Assembly: GCA_964621445.1 (NCBI GenBank) | Contig: CAZUNO010000010.1 | Location: forward strand, 1-64,000 | Direction of reading: 5' to 3' | Source: Candidatus Hadarchaeota archaeon | GTDB lineage: Archaea > CAYQAE01 > CAYVLA01 | Length of the DNA stretch: 64,000 bases | Shown: piece after piece, positions 39,708 to 49,687 of the stretch | Position numbering within the stretch: the first letter of the stretch is position 1 | Layout of the letters: every line of letters starts with the position of its first letter | The notes under the pieces: model-generated | Databases searched by the model: none | What the model saw: only the letters and a program-made list of their open reading frames with translations | What the model was told of the DNA's origin: nothing | Made by a program: the position numbers and the translations under genes

Positions 39708-40274
39708 TTAGTGCTTCTGGAAATAATCCTGATGATATTCCTCTGCCGGGTAGAAGGGCTCCAACGGTAGTATCTCTGTGGCCACGTCAGTTCCAGAGTC
39801 CTCCAACTGATTCTTGGTTTCCTCGGCCAGCTTCTTCTGTTCATCGTCATGGTAGAATATAGCCGTCTTGTACTGGGAACCTCTGTCCAGTCCTTGCCCT
39901 CCTGCATCCGAGGGATCTATGTGGTTCCAGAAAATGTCGAGAAGGTCCCCATATGATATCTCGTCGGGATGATAATATACCCTTACTGATTCGTAATGGC
40001 CAGTAGTTCCCCGGCAGACCCTTTCATAAGAGGGATTCTCGATTTCTCCCCCAGTGTAGCCACTGATTGCCTCTTCAACACCTTGAGCTCCATCAAAAGT
40101 CGCCTCCAACCCCCAAAAACAACCCCCTGCGAAGGTTGCTTTTTCCAGATCAGATTTCTCGAGTTCATTAAATCCTTTACCGGGCACGTAATCATTTCCT
40201 CCGCTCCAGAGCGAAAACAGAGCTATAACCACAAGCATTATGGCAGCAAGCAATAAACCCTGAAGTGTGTCCAT
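39708..40274 (-). CDS. msrA: Peptide methionine sulfoxide reductase A with N-terminal anchor
   Basis: GGCFWG, GYTGG, GHYE, FYPAEEYHQDY; N-terminal hydrophobic segment. Confidence 0.93.
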   Translation of the reverse strand: MDTLQGLLLAAIMLVVIALFSLWSGGNDYVPGKGFNELEKSDLEKATFAGGCFWGLEATFDGAQGVEEAISGYTGGEIENPSYERVCRGTTGHYESVRVYYHPDEISYGDLLDIFWNHIDPSDAGGQGLDRGSQYKTAIFYHDDEQKKLAEETKNQLEDSGTDVATEILPLEPFYPAEEYHQDYFQKH

Positions 40275-40403
40275 GATTTAAGGTATTCTATGGACATATA
40301 AAGAGTCACAGACGGTAGATAAATTGACCCTTTTCAGCATTCACTAGCTCAAATTGCAAAAGCTTATGCATGATGAGGTATAATGATATCTTGAGGTGAT
40401 TTT

Positions 40404-40664
40404 TTGACCAAGATACCAATATCTGAAATAGATTCCATTAGCGAGGCAATGGAGAGTGATAGATACTCCATCCAAATGAAAAGGGATCCGGATTCGATTG
40501 TGCTTGAGAAGGGGTCAAAGAGGCTAAAGATCAATGGAAATGGCAAGGTTAGCGGCTCAATGCCCCTCCACAATTTCGAGGTCCATAATGCCGAGAGCAT
40601 CGAAATAGAAGAGAATGAGGTTACGGTATATTTCGACGGTGGTAAATACGACTTCAGGTTTTAG
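40404..40664 (+). CDS. Small hypothetical protein
   Basis: 86 aa ORF preceded by GAGGTGA RBS. Confidence 0.6.
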   Translation: MTKIPISEIDSISEAMESDRYSIQMKRDPDSIVLEKGSKRLKINGNGKVSGSMPLHNFEVHNAESIEIEENEVTVYFDGGKYDFRF

Positions 40665-40721
40665 AATCATCAATTAGAATTCAGGTCCCCGGTCCATGGG
40701 CATGTAGGAATATTCGATTTC

Positions 40722-42377
40722 CTAATTAATAACTGGAAGAACTAACTGACTTGGATAATTAACATTATGGTGAATAAAGTTACTTGAGGGAATTCTATTA
40801 GGATAAAAATTGGGAAAGTCGCTATTGCCAATATCCACCCTAATCCTTGAGCCGGCGTGGAAAACCTTCCAGATGGGCATCATTTCAATTTTAAAATTGT
40901 AGATCTTTCCGGATATTAGTTCATGGGGTTCTCTGTGGGACTGAAAGTGGGACCCTCTAAGCGCTCCACTTGTAAATACGGTGGATTTCCCTCCCGGCCT
41001 AACCTCCGTTAGTTTTGCTATCCAGTCCACGTCCCCTGAATCGGTCGATGCAAATAGATTAAGAATTGGAGGACCTGCAATTTCCAGTCCCTTTTCGAGT
41101 TTCCCGGTTGTATAGCTTAACATCAGCTTCTCGGCCTCACTAATGTCTCCCTTCCTCTGAGAAATTGTGGGAATGGGATTATCGGGGTCATGGTTGATAG
41201 GATCGGGCTCTTGCCCTCTCGGGGCCTTACAGACCAGAATGCCCTCATTATCCTTGTGCACTCCCTGTTTCTTCACATGGGAAAGGAAGTACCTCTTTTC
41301 CCGGGTCTTTGGTGGCCATGTTGACTGGAAAATCCACTTATCTCTTCCCAATACGTAGGCCCTGATCGGCGGTTCATCCATTATGCCGTTTTCACGCCCC
41401 TTGAGCCAGTAATCGAACCATCTAAGCTGGGTTCCTGTCATATCAAATCCTTCCCTTCCGGCATGGAACCATGGACCTATTATCAGCTTTTTCGGGGCAT
41501 TTATCTCCGTGTAACTCCTGATGGTGCCCCGGATGAAGAAGTCGAACCACCCGCCATAGCAGTATATAGGGGTGCTGATCTTTTCAAAAATGGAGCCCGG
41601 CGATTGAGCCTCCCAGAACTGACCATAGGTTTCGTTTTCCATCCACTGGTGTAGAAAATCAATGTCATAGAGGCCGCGCCCTTTCGACACACTTTCCACA
41701 GCTATCCGGGCCCTGGCATGGTTTATTCTCCTCATCATACCAAGTATTTCTTCTTCCTTCTCCTCCTGGAATCGGAGCAAACCGGGCACGTTTGGCGGTG
41801 TTATATGGGCTAGGTGAATTATGGACCACCTAATCATGAGCATATTCAGAATACCACCGGGATAGACGGCCTCGTGATAGATATCAGCCCCCGCGTATCC
41901 GACGAACATGGCCTTTAGCCCAGGTGGATGCTCTGCCGCCAGGAAAAGCTGGTCCATCCCCAGGTAGGAATTGCCCACGGTGCCTATCTTCCCGTTGGAC
42001 CACGGTTGGGCTCGAATCCAGCGTATTGTGTCATATCCATCGGGGCCATCATTGACCAGAAATCTAAACTTCCCTTCGGATATACCTGTACCTCTTACCT
42101 CGGCCTCGACCACGGCATATCCTCGCCTGACGAATTCCTCGTGTGAGTGCTTATCCCGCGAATTAGGTGGTATGGAAACGTCATGGTATGGGTTACGTAT
42201 AAGAATTGTAGGAAAAGGCCCTTCTGAATCCGGGCGAAACACTTCAACATAGAGCCTAATGCCGTCCCTCATGGGTATGTAGGTTCTATCAACCTCTCTG
42301 GGCTGGTGGAGAGCAATTCCCCACGATGGATCGATCTCCTTTAAGGCCATTCTCAGCATCTTCCTGATTCGAATCAT
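40722..42377 (-). CDS. CocE/NonD family hydrolase
   Basis: MRDGIRL, RNPY, VRGTG.SEG, GNSYLG, GWFD, GPWFH. Confidence 0.92.
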   Translation of the reverse strand: MIRIRKMLRMALKEIDPSWGIALHQPREVDRTYIPMRDGIRLYVEVFRPDSEGPFPTILIRNPYHDVSIPPNSRDKHSHEEFVRRGYAVVEAEVRGTGISEGKFRFLVNDGPDGYDTIRWIRAQPWSNGKIGTVGNSYLGMDQLFLAAEHPPGLKAMFVGYAGADIYHEAVYPGGILNMLMIRWSIIHLAHITPPNVPGLLRFQEEKEEEILGMMRRINHARARIAVESVSKGRGLYDIDFLHQWMENETYGQFWEAQSPGSIFEKISTPIYCYGGWFDFFIRGTIRSYTEINAPKKLIIGPWFHAGREGFDMTGTQLRWFDYWLKGRENGIMDEPPIRAYVLGRDKWIFQSTWPPKTREKRYFLSHVKKQGVHKDNEGILVCKAPRGQEPDPINHDPDNPIPTISQRKGDISEAEKLMLSYTTGKLEKGLEIAGPPILNLFASTDSGDVDWIAKLTEVRPGGKSTVFTSGALRGSHFQSHREPHELISGKIYNFKIEMMPIWKVFHAGSRIRVDIGNSDFPNFYPNRIPSSNFIHHNVNYPSQLVLPVIN

Positions 42378-42423
42378 TCATCCTGTTTCTCGATATTGCT
42401 TTCGATTTGGATTAAAATAATGG

Positions 42424-43662
42424 TCAGTTTTCGATCTCAGATAATCTTGTAGTATTGATCTCTCTATAGTACCTCCTCTTGATCATCAGGGTCCAGATCA
42501 CGAATCCGCTTAGCATCGCCGTTCCCGACACTATGAGATACTCCGTAATGTAGATCCAGAACAGTGCCCTTTGTCTCAGTCGCATTGACTCCGAAGAAAT
42601 ACTAGCGAGTCCATCCAAAGCTTCCTGCATCTGGTCCAGGGCTTCCTGATAATTGCCCTTCATATACGATTGGCTTGCCTCCTTCCTCTGTGCCTCGAGC
42701 TCGTCGAGAAGCGTATTAAGGGAGGCGGTGTTGGCCCCGAACCTATCGATGAAGTCTATGAGGGATATCATCATGCCCTTTCGCTCATAGAATGCCTTGA
42801 AGTTCGCCCGGAGGGTGTGTCCAAGTTCCAGGTCCTCGGGCACTGGTACGCCTGCTGGAAAGTATATCCTGTTCAGTACCATGTCAACGTGGTATTTCCA
42901 ATCCCTTATCGCTGGGTTTTGAAACATGAAGTCCATAATGGGCAGGCATAAGGTGATCCCCTCTCCATAATTGGTGGACACGATAGCGTCCTCGCCACCA
43001 ACCCTCCATTTGGCGTGAACCGTTGCCCCTGGTCGCGCATATATTAGGCCGGGGCCGGCGTTTCCCGTAAAACCTATTGGCTGCTTCTCGAAATCCGGCA
43101 GGTCAACTACGGGGGTCCTGGTTACTATTTCCAATCCGACTCCCGGCTTTGATGACTCCCCAATGACAACGTTCATGGGCCAAGCATCATAGATTACGGA
43201 GTTCATCCAATCCTGGGGTCGATTGCAGTATAGCATAGGATCAGTTAAACACGGTTGCCAGCCCATATGAATTAGGACCAGGCCCACGCCATCCTCGTAA
43301 ATTGAGTCATGGATCCACTGCTGTTGCTCACCTGTAAAGACCCATGGCGGGGAAAACATCAGCTGTAGTACATCGACCTCAGAGGAGAAGCGGGCCTTGG
43401 TCCTGGGAAATTTTATCCGCAAACGTTTGCGGACCTCATCGGCAGGTAATCCATTGGCCGTCTCTATGCTGGAAAGGAGGAATATTCTTGGATCGGACCT
43501 TAGCAGCCCTAACGGGTATCTATTCACGTCCTGCCATTGATTTCCTACGGCTATGAGCCTGATCCTACCGGTTGAAGGATCCGTTTTTGCCGTGGAAACG
43601 CTCAGCATTAGGATCATCAAAGCCAATATTAGAAGGGTTAGCAGGCATTGATTTCTCTTCAT
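42424..43662 (-). CDS. Surface family A paralog 6
   Basis: LRIKFPRT, DFIDRFGANT, ALFWIYITEY, WTLMIKRRYYREINTTRL. Confidence 0.85.
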   Translation of the reverse strand: MKRNQCLLTLLILALMILMLSVSTAKTDPSTGRIRLIAVGNQWQDVNRYPLGLLRSDPRIFLLSSIETANGLPADEVRKRLRIKFPRTKARFSSEVDVLQLMFSPPWVFTGEQQQWIHDSIYEDGVGLVLIHMGWQPCLTDPMLYCNRPQDWMNSVIYDAWPMNVVIGESSKPGVGLEIVTRTPVVDLPDFEKQPIGFTGNAGPGLIYARPGATVHAKWRVGGEDAIVSTNYGEGITLCLPIMDFMFQNPAIRDWKYHVDMVLNRIYFPAGVPVPEDLELGHTLRANFKAFYERKGMMISLIDFIDRFGANTASLNTLLDELEAQRKEASQSYMKGNYQEALDQMQEALDGLASISSESMRLRQRALFWIYITEYLIVSGTAMLSGFVIWTLMIKRRYYREINTTRLSEIEN

Positions 43663-43688
43663 CTCTTTCTCAGCTCTCGGTCCTTGGC

Positions 43689-44972
43689 TTAGTTTTCGAT
43701 TTTTGTTTCAAGTCTTGTAGTAACTATCTCTGAGTAGAGTTTCCTTTTCACCATTAGTGACCAGATGATTACTCCACTGATAATTGAAATCGCGGTGACC
43801 GTCATCCATTCCGTTATATAGACCCAGCGCAAGGCCCTTTTCCTAAGCCTTGCGGAATCTTGAGAGAGTTCCGTTAACCCCTCTATAGCTTCCCTGATTG
43901 ATTCAATTGACTTCTGATACTCGCCGGACAGATAATAATTACTAGCAGTCCCTCTTTTGGCGTCCAAATTATCTATCTTGGTGTGAAGAGGGCCCGTATT
44001 GGCACCAAATTTGTCTATGAAATCAATTAATGATAGCATAAGGGCTTTCTGTTCACCATACTGGGTAAATGCAGATCTTAGAGCATTTGCAAGTTCAGGG
44101 TCCTCCGGGACAGGAACCTGGGATGTATAGTAGATGCTATTGATAACAAAATCAGCGAAATATTTCCAACCCCTCACCATTTTGGAGGAGACACAGTCCC
44201 ATCCCGCAGGAAGTGCCAATGTTCTACCCTCACCATAATCAGTTGAAACGATGGCATCCTGCTTTCCGTTCTTCCACCTGGCGTGCAGGACCGCCCCCGG
44301 CCGTGCCTCGACCACACCGAGGTTTCCCGGAGGACCACCGTAGGGCTGGCGTTCGAAACCTGGAAGACCAACCACCGGGGTTTCCTGGACTATTTCCACG
44401 TAGAGGGGGTTTTTAACCGTCTTCTCAAGTATAACGTCAATGGGCCAAGCATCATATATTGGCGATTTCATCCAGTCCCATGGACAATTACATGCCTCTA
44501 TGATATTGCAGCTATGATACCCCATTTCAACTAGGACAAGCCCCAGTCCCGAATCATATATTGCGTCATGTATCCACATCTGTTGGAAATCGGTGAAAAT
44601 CCCAGGCCGGGCGTCGAGGTACTTTATGGAGTCTATCGACTCAATCATTCTTTTTTCCGTGCGTGGAAATATGGTGCGAACGTATCTCCTGGCTTCATCC
44701 GGGGGTGCACTCACACCAGATCTAATGGTGCCAAAGTGGTGGATCCTGGGATCGGATTGAATCACACTCATCACATACTTGTTCTGCCCGTTCTGCTCTC
44801 CAACCACTAGAATGCGAATTCTGCCGGTATTGGGATCGACCTTCGGCCCAGCTAGAGCCGGATGAATAAGGATTAGGAGACAGAGGATTACCATAGAAGA
44901 TGATTTGACATGTGTAATCTTAGACTCCCTCCGATGACAGGAAACTGGGTAATGAAGTTTGATACTCTCCAT
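43689..44972 (-). CDS. Surface family A paralog 7 (tandem duplicate of paralog 6)
   Basis: VRTIFPRT, DFIDKFGANT, WSLMVKRKLY..TTRL; true start probably 44918 (ATT) or 44894. Confidence 0.85.
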   Translation of the reverse strand: MESIKLHYPVSCHRRESKITHVKSSSMVILCLLILIHPALAGPKVDPNTGRIRILVVGEQNGQNKYVMSVIQSDPRIHHFGTIRSGVSAPPDEARRYVRTIFPRTEKRMIESIDSIKYLDARPGIFTDFQQMWIHDAIYDSGLGLVLVEMGYHSCNIIEACNCPWDWMKSPIYDAWPIDVILEKTVKNPLYVEIVQETPVVGLPGFERQPYGGPPGNLGVVEARPGAVLHARWKNGKQDAIVSTDYGEGRTLALPAGWDCVSSKMVRGWKYFADFVINSIYYTSQVPVPEDPELANALRSAFTQYGEQKALMLSLIDFIDKFGANTGPLHTKIDNLDAKRGTASNYYLSGEYQKSIESIREAIEGLTELSQDSARLRKRALRWVYITEWMTVTAISIISGVIIWSLMVKRKLYSEIVTTRLETKIEN

Positions 44973-45771
44973 TCGTAAAAATCAACACAAGGTGCAGCAT
45001 GCTTTTCCTGGTGGGGACCATGGCCGGGTTGATAGCAAAGCTAATGAAGATCTGGTCCTCCTTTTCTAGACCGTCGAAAATCAGCTCTCCTACAGGAGGC
45101 GCCTTTTCCATCCTTATGCTGGTCCCCTGCTCAGATACCCTCTGTGAAAACCTAGTTAGATTTTCGTTTCTCTGAATCGTAATATCTATTATGGATCGAT
45201 TTCGGTGGAGGAAAAAATCCCGGCTGCCGCGGAAATACTGGAAACCACCACCCTCTCCTTTGGGATTGAGGAATACATGCCCGGTGTGAAGCGTTCGAGT
45301 AACGGGATTGGGGGCAATCACCCTATGGGGATCGGTCAAATCGTGGACCATCCCCTGGTAATTAGTACCATGGCCAAAAATCTCGAATTCCGTTTCAATA
45401 GTTCTATTCCGAACATGAGGGTAGTTTTCCATGCTGGAAATCATGGAATTTAACTCGGGGATTTCCAGGAATAATTCTGACCAGGAGATATTCTGGGAAC
45501 GGTTTGTTTGGGGTAGAAGAGATGTCTTATTCTCAAGGCATAGAAAGCTAATCTCAAGGCGCTCAATTGGTTTTCGTGCGACAAGACCAAGACTATAGGC
45601 GTAGCGTCCTTCCTCATTCGGAATCCTATAACCCGAATGGACTGTGGGTAGATTCCATCCATGCTTAAGGACCTCTATGGGTTCCTCGGGTTTCTCGCCC
45701 ACGAAAAGGACGAATGCCGCCGTGGATACCACCAGGGCGATGATGATAATGCCGAGAAGTCGTCTATCCAT
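44920..45771 (-). CDS. Surface family B protein, copy 2
   Basis: MDRRLLGIIIIAL anchor; homologous to 15754..16593. Confidence 0.8.
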   Translation of the reverse strand: MDRRLLGIIIIALVVSTAAFVLFVGEKPEEPIEVLKHGWNLPTVHSGYRIPNEEGRYAYSLGLVARKPIERLEISFLCLENKTSLLPQTNRSQNISWSELFLEIPELNSMISSMENYPHVRNRTIETEFEIFGHGTNYQGMVHDLTDPHRVIAPNPVTRTLHTGHVFLNPKGEGGGFQYFRGSRDFFLHRNRSIIDITIQRNENLTRFSQRVSEQGTSIRMEKAPPVGELIFDGLEKEDQIFISFAINPAMVPTRKSMLHLVLIFTNGEYQTSLPSFLSSEGV

Positions 45772-46765
45772 TGTCGAGATCACCCTGGCGTGAAGTTGAT
45801 GTAAAGCAGTATCTATATACCATAGCCAGTGTTGCTCCCACGGCAAGGATCACCAGCGCATATCTCAGATAAAGAATTTGCTTTTGGTTTTCCGACGCCC
45901 TCCTTACTTGATCCTTGACCTGCATCATTTCCTCTTCATAATCGGTTGAGTCGGATTCCCACTGGGTAGATTTGTCCTGATATCGATTCTCTCGATTCCA
46001 TGCATAAAGGACCGAATTGGAGAACAATATTCTGAATTCTTCTTGGGAGGTGAAATGACCGAAATATGTTGGAACATCCGGAATTGAATCTCCGGTAAAA
46101 CCGGCAAATGTAATGCATGTACCTTGGGATTCGTGGACTAGCAGAGCGGGGGCCCCGCGGGTCGATTCCCGATAAAGGACCGTGACATCGTTCTCGTTTC
46201 CCGGGGGAACAAGCTCCCCGGTTTCCTTATCTATATGCATGATTATTCTTTGAGTCCGTATTGAGAAGGATCCAATATCCTGGTTTATTTTATTCCTCTC
46301 ATCAATATTCAGTGTGTGGGAAAATGTACCGGAGTTCCTATCGTATTCACCGGTCAAGTAGTAACTTGCATTTAGGGCAAACACGTCATTACTGGCATTG
46401 CGCGTTGTTGACTGCCAGCCCGCAAAACCCATTCCGATGATTCCTCCACCTTCATCAAAGAAGGTTTTGAGATGTTCCCCCATTCCCTCGTCCTTATCGT
46501 GATTAAAGACTCCAACCAAAACCTTGACATAGGGAAAATAGATCATGGCTCTAAACAGTTCTGGGTCCGAAAGCACGATCACTTCGGCTTCAAGCCTTGA
46601 ATCTGACCTGATGATATTGGCCAACTCTTCTCCATAACCTCTATTTCCTTGAGAATAGATGAGGACCAAAGGCATAGGGTCCCCTGTTTTCTCCCCAAAA
46701 GCAGCGATCGGAAATAATGAAGAAAGGGCAAACAGGCAAAGGAATATGCTGACCAGGCTTTTCAC
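45764..46765 (-). CDS. Surface family C protein, copy 2
   Basis: Signal peptide, FFDEGGGIIG, EEFRILFSNSVLYA, coiled coil, C-terminal TM; homologous to 16604..17557. Confidence 0.8.
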   Translation of the reverse strand: MKSLVSIFLCLFALSSLFPIAAFGEKTGDPMPLVLIYSQGNRGYGEELANIIRSDSRLEAEVIVLSDPELFRAMIYFPYVKVLVGVFNHDKDEGMGEHLKTFFDEGGGIIGMGFAGWQSTTRNASNDVFALNASYYLTGEYDRNSGTFSHTLNIDERNKINQDIGSFSIRTQRIIMHIDKETGELVPPGNENDVTVLYRESTRGAPALLVHESQGTCITFAGFTGDSIPDVPTYFGHFTSQEEFRILFSNSVLYAWNRENRYQDKSTQWESDSTDYEEEMMQVKDQVRRASENQKQILYLRYALVILAVGATLAMVYRYCFTSTSRQGDLDNG

Positions 46766-46875
46766 GTTCTCGAGGTGGCTTTCTCCTCATTTTTAAGTAT
46801 TGCTGGGATCATCCCTCAAATAAGCTTCAGAAATAGCGGACTCTGCATTTTTTTTGTTACCCTATGCGAATTCAA

Positions 46876-47760
46876 TCAGGTCCCCACGATCAATTTCCTG
46901 GTGTAAGATAGTGATCTGCTGGCTAGCCTGTCTAGGTTGTCCTCCGAGGTTCCTCCTTCCACCGTGGAGCACATCTCGTATGAGAGGAATCCATCGAAAC
47001 CGACCTCCTTAAGTGAGTTTATGAAGGTCCCATAATCGACGGCTCCAGTTCCCATGGGCACGGCTAGGACCCGTCTAAATGTGAAGTAGTCGCCTTTACT
47101 CCGTCCATACACGAACCTATAGTCGCTGGTATGGCTGTGCATGATCAAGTCACCACACTTCCGGACGGACTTGGAGAGGTTCTCCCCCCTCTCAGCCAGG
47201 AGAGGGGCATCTAAAATTACTCCAAGAGATTTTGACCCGATCTCTTTAACCAGAGCCAATATCTCATCGGTGTACGAAGCCAGTGAGGAGTGATTCTGGA
47301 GCCCGATTCTGACCCCCTTATCACCGGCCATGTCACAAGCTTCACCCAGGCTTTCCACCATCCAGCTCCACTGCTTTTCGAAGGGAACCCCAGGATGCCG
47401 GTACCCGGAGTAGACCCTGACAAGGGGGCAATTCAATTCTCTAGCCATGTCCAGAACGGAATCCAGGTACACGAGTTCCTTCTCCAGTGGGGCCATATCC
47501 GGATGCTCCATTCCCCGCGAGAAATCATGATAGCTTGCGAGACATGATATTTCTAGCCCTGATGACTCTACCTCATCTCTAATCTCGGTTAGCTCGGACC
47601 GACTGAAGTCCAAGGGAGACAAATGAGGCCGCTTTGCCATTAATTCTATACCGTCAAAGCCCAATTTCTGAGCTTTTCGAATGAATTCCGAGACTGATAG
47701 TACAGTCTCCGCTCCCCATACGCCGGAATATCCTACAGAATGCAAAGCAACCTTCATCAT
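46876..47760 (-). CDS. Sugar phosphate isomerase/epimerase
   Basis: GFDGIEL, LQNH, HSHTSD, G.G.VD, SYE. Confidence 0.9.
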   Translation of the reverse strand: MMKVALHSVGYSGVWGAETVLSVSEFIRKAQKLGFDGIELMAKRPHLSPLDFSRSELTEIRDEVESSGLEISCLASYHDFSRGMEHPDMAPLEKELVYLDSVLDMARELNCPLVRVYSGYRHPGVPFEKQWSWMVESLGEACDMAGDKGVRIGLQNHSSLASYTDEILALVKEIGSKSLGVILDAPLLAERGENLSKSVRKCGDLIMHSHTSDYRFVYGRSKGDYFTFRRVLAVPMGTGAVDYGTFINSLKEVGFDGFLSYEMCSTVEGGTSEDNLDRLASRSLSYTRKLIVGT

Positions 47761-47946
47761 ATCGCCATCTAATTATTACCCAACTAATTTGAAAAGCTTG
47801 CCCCTGGACCTCTTAGCATATACCATTTGAATCTAGTATAGGATCATATCATCACTTACCCCGGTATACCTGCAATAATGATATTGAGGAGGGATACAGG
47901 CCTGGGAACAAAGTACTGCTAGATTAAAGTTCTGGGAGGATCAACT

Positions 47947-48708
47947 TCATTTCAATCTGTAGTATATCCTCCGATTATTCTTTCCCTTGTTCTTTGCTTT
48001 TATGAAGACAACCTCCCCAACTTCCTTAAGGTTTCGGACATGGCAACCGCCATCAGCCTGTTTATCGATCCCTTCTATCTCGACAATTCTCAACTTCTCT
48101 ATCTTGGGTGGAAGAGCCGAGGCCAGCTTAACCACTTCCGGTATTTTCATGGCTTCGGACCTGGGTAGCCAATAGGAGTTCACCGGTATATCCTGCTTGA
48201 AAAGTTCATTGGCTCGATCGATATACTCTTGGAACATATCCTTGTCAAAATCCTCAAGATCAAAATCAAACCTGCTCCTATCAACCTCGATATTATTTCC
48301 TGTAACCAGAGCTCCCGTTTCCTGGCAGATGAGAGATATGAGAGCATGTGCCGCGGTGTGACTACGCATCAGAGTATGACGTCTATCCCAGTCAAGGATG
48401 CATTTGACCTCATCTCCTGCCTCAAGGCCTTCCCTGTTTACCTCATGTGAAATTTTGCCGGAGAATTTGCCAACGTACTCCACTTCAAAAATTTCCTCCC
48501 CCCTGATTATTTTTCCTTTGTCATAGTCAACCCCTCCGCTCTTCGGGTAGAATATTGTTCTGTCCAGAACAACGTACTTATCATCCTTTACCGACTTCAC
48601 TGTCGACTTGCATTCTCGCTTGTAGCAATCCTGGAGGTACAAAGGGATATCCGCCGGCGGTTCACAGCCTTTCATAATTCTTCCTCGTAAGTAGAGCGAT
48701 TTGAACAC
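47947..48708 (-). CDS. alaXM: Alanyl-tRNA editing protein AlaX-M
   Basis: DRTIFYP.SGG, HTAAH, QADGGCHV, KGKNNRRIY. Confidence 0.9.
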   Translation of the reverse strand: MFKSLYLRGRIMKGCEPPADIPLYLQDCYKRECKSTVKSVKDDKYVVLDRTIFYPKSGGVDYDKGKIIRGEEIFEVEYVGKFSGKISHEVNREGLEAGDEVKCILDWDRRHTLMRSHTAAHALISLICQETGALVTGNNIEVDRSRFDFDLEDFDKDMFQEYIDRANELFKQDIPVNSYWLPRSEAMKIPEVVKLASALPPKIEKLRIVEIEGIDKQADGGCHVRNLKEVGEVVFIKAKNKGKNNRRIYYRLK

Positions 48709-48818
48709 AAATAGATTTTACCGTCCTTATGGCATGTAACCTTAATTCCGGGGCGTTATTGGGAGCAACGCAACAGAGAAATAGGACCCTTTTCGGAGAA
48801 GTCATTGGAGAATCAGAG

Positions 48819-49640
48819 ATGGATCTCGAAGTAAGATATCATATGATGCGCCCCGAACAGGTGGTAGAACGACGAAGAGATTGTCCCGTTGCCTATATCC
48901 CGATTGGTAATCTCGAGTGGCATGGCGTCCATAACCCTATGGGTTCCGATACCTTACAGGCCGAGGGTTTAGCCATAATGTGTGCCCAAAAAGGGGGAGG
49001 ATTGGTCTTTCCCCCATTATATTATGGAGAGAGCAGACTGGAGTCCTTGATGGAAGCCACCTCCTCCGACAGAGGGGAAATCGCCAGGGGAATGGAACTT
49101 TCACCGGATAACTTTTCTCCGCAATGTCACCCCTTTGGCAAGACCGAGCAGGTTTTAAATTATCAGAAACTCCTAATCCACATCCTGGCAGAGGCCGAAT
49201 CATTGGGTTTTGAATTGGGGGTCCTCGTAGCCGGGCACTATCCGTTAATAGACCATGCGAGGTCAGCGGTGCTCATCTTCAATCAAAGACACTATAGTAA
49301 GCGCCAGGGAATGCTGGCCTGGGCCTTTGTGGACTATCTTTTGATAAACGAACAATATCCTGAAGCCGGTGATCATGCCGGCGGTTGGGAAACCTCTCAC
49401 CTGCTAGCTCTACACCCTGACTCGGTGGAATTGGATGCACTTCCACCGAATGGGGAGAAAATCGTTGGTACTGGGTGGTCGATGGATCCCAGAGATTCAA
49501 ACGCCAGCTTTGGAAGGGAAACCCTGGAAGCAGCAGCCGAAATCGCGGTCCGGAAGGTTAAGCATAGGCTTGAAAATAAACATATTTACCGCCAACATGG
49601 CTGTTCACTACAGGAGGGGTTGTGGAAGGAGAAAGATTGA
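48819..49640 (+). CDS. Creatininase family amidohydrolase
   Basis: PIGNLEWHGVHNPMGSD, GHY, DHAGGWETS. Confidence 0.9.
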   Translation: MDLEVRYHMMRPEQVVERRRDCPVAYIPIGNLEWHGVHNPMGSDTLQAEGLAIMCAQKGGGLVFPPLYYGESRLESLMEATSSDRGEIARGMELSPDNFSPQCHPFGKTEQVLNYQKLLIHILAEAESLGFELGVLVAGHYPLIDHARSAVLIFNQRHYSKRQGMLAWAFVDYLLINEQYPEAGDHAGGWETSHLLALHPDSVELDALPPNGEKIVGTGWSMDPRDSNASFGRETLEAAAEIAVRKVKHRLENKHIYRQHGCSLQEGLWKEKD

Positions 49641-49687
49641 TCCTTTTATCTCCATTAAATCCAGTTTAGAGATGAGGGGATGAAGCA

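Noticed and set aside
40370-40426. C/D box sRNA (ATGATGA...CTGA)
   Set aside because: Internal C'/D' boxes are poor, guide lengths are atypical, and it overlaps an RBS and gene start
5228-44972. Diversity-generating retroelement behind family A variation
   Set aside because: No reverse transcriptase and no near-identical template/variable repeat pair seen; divergence is spread across the ectodomain
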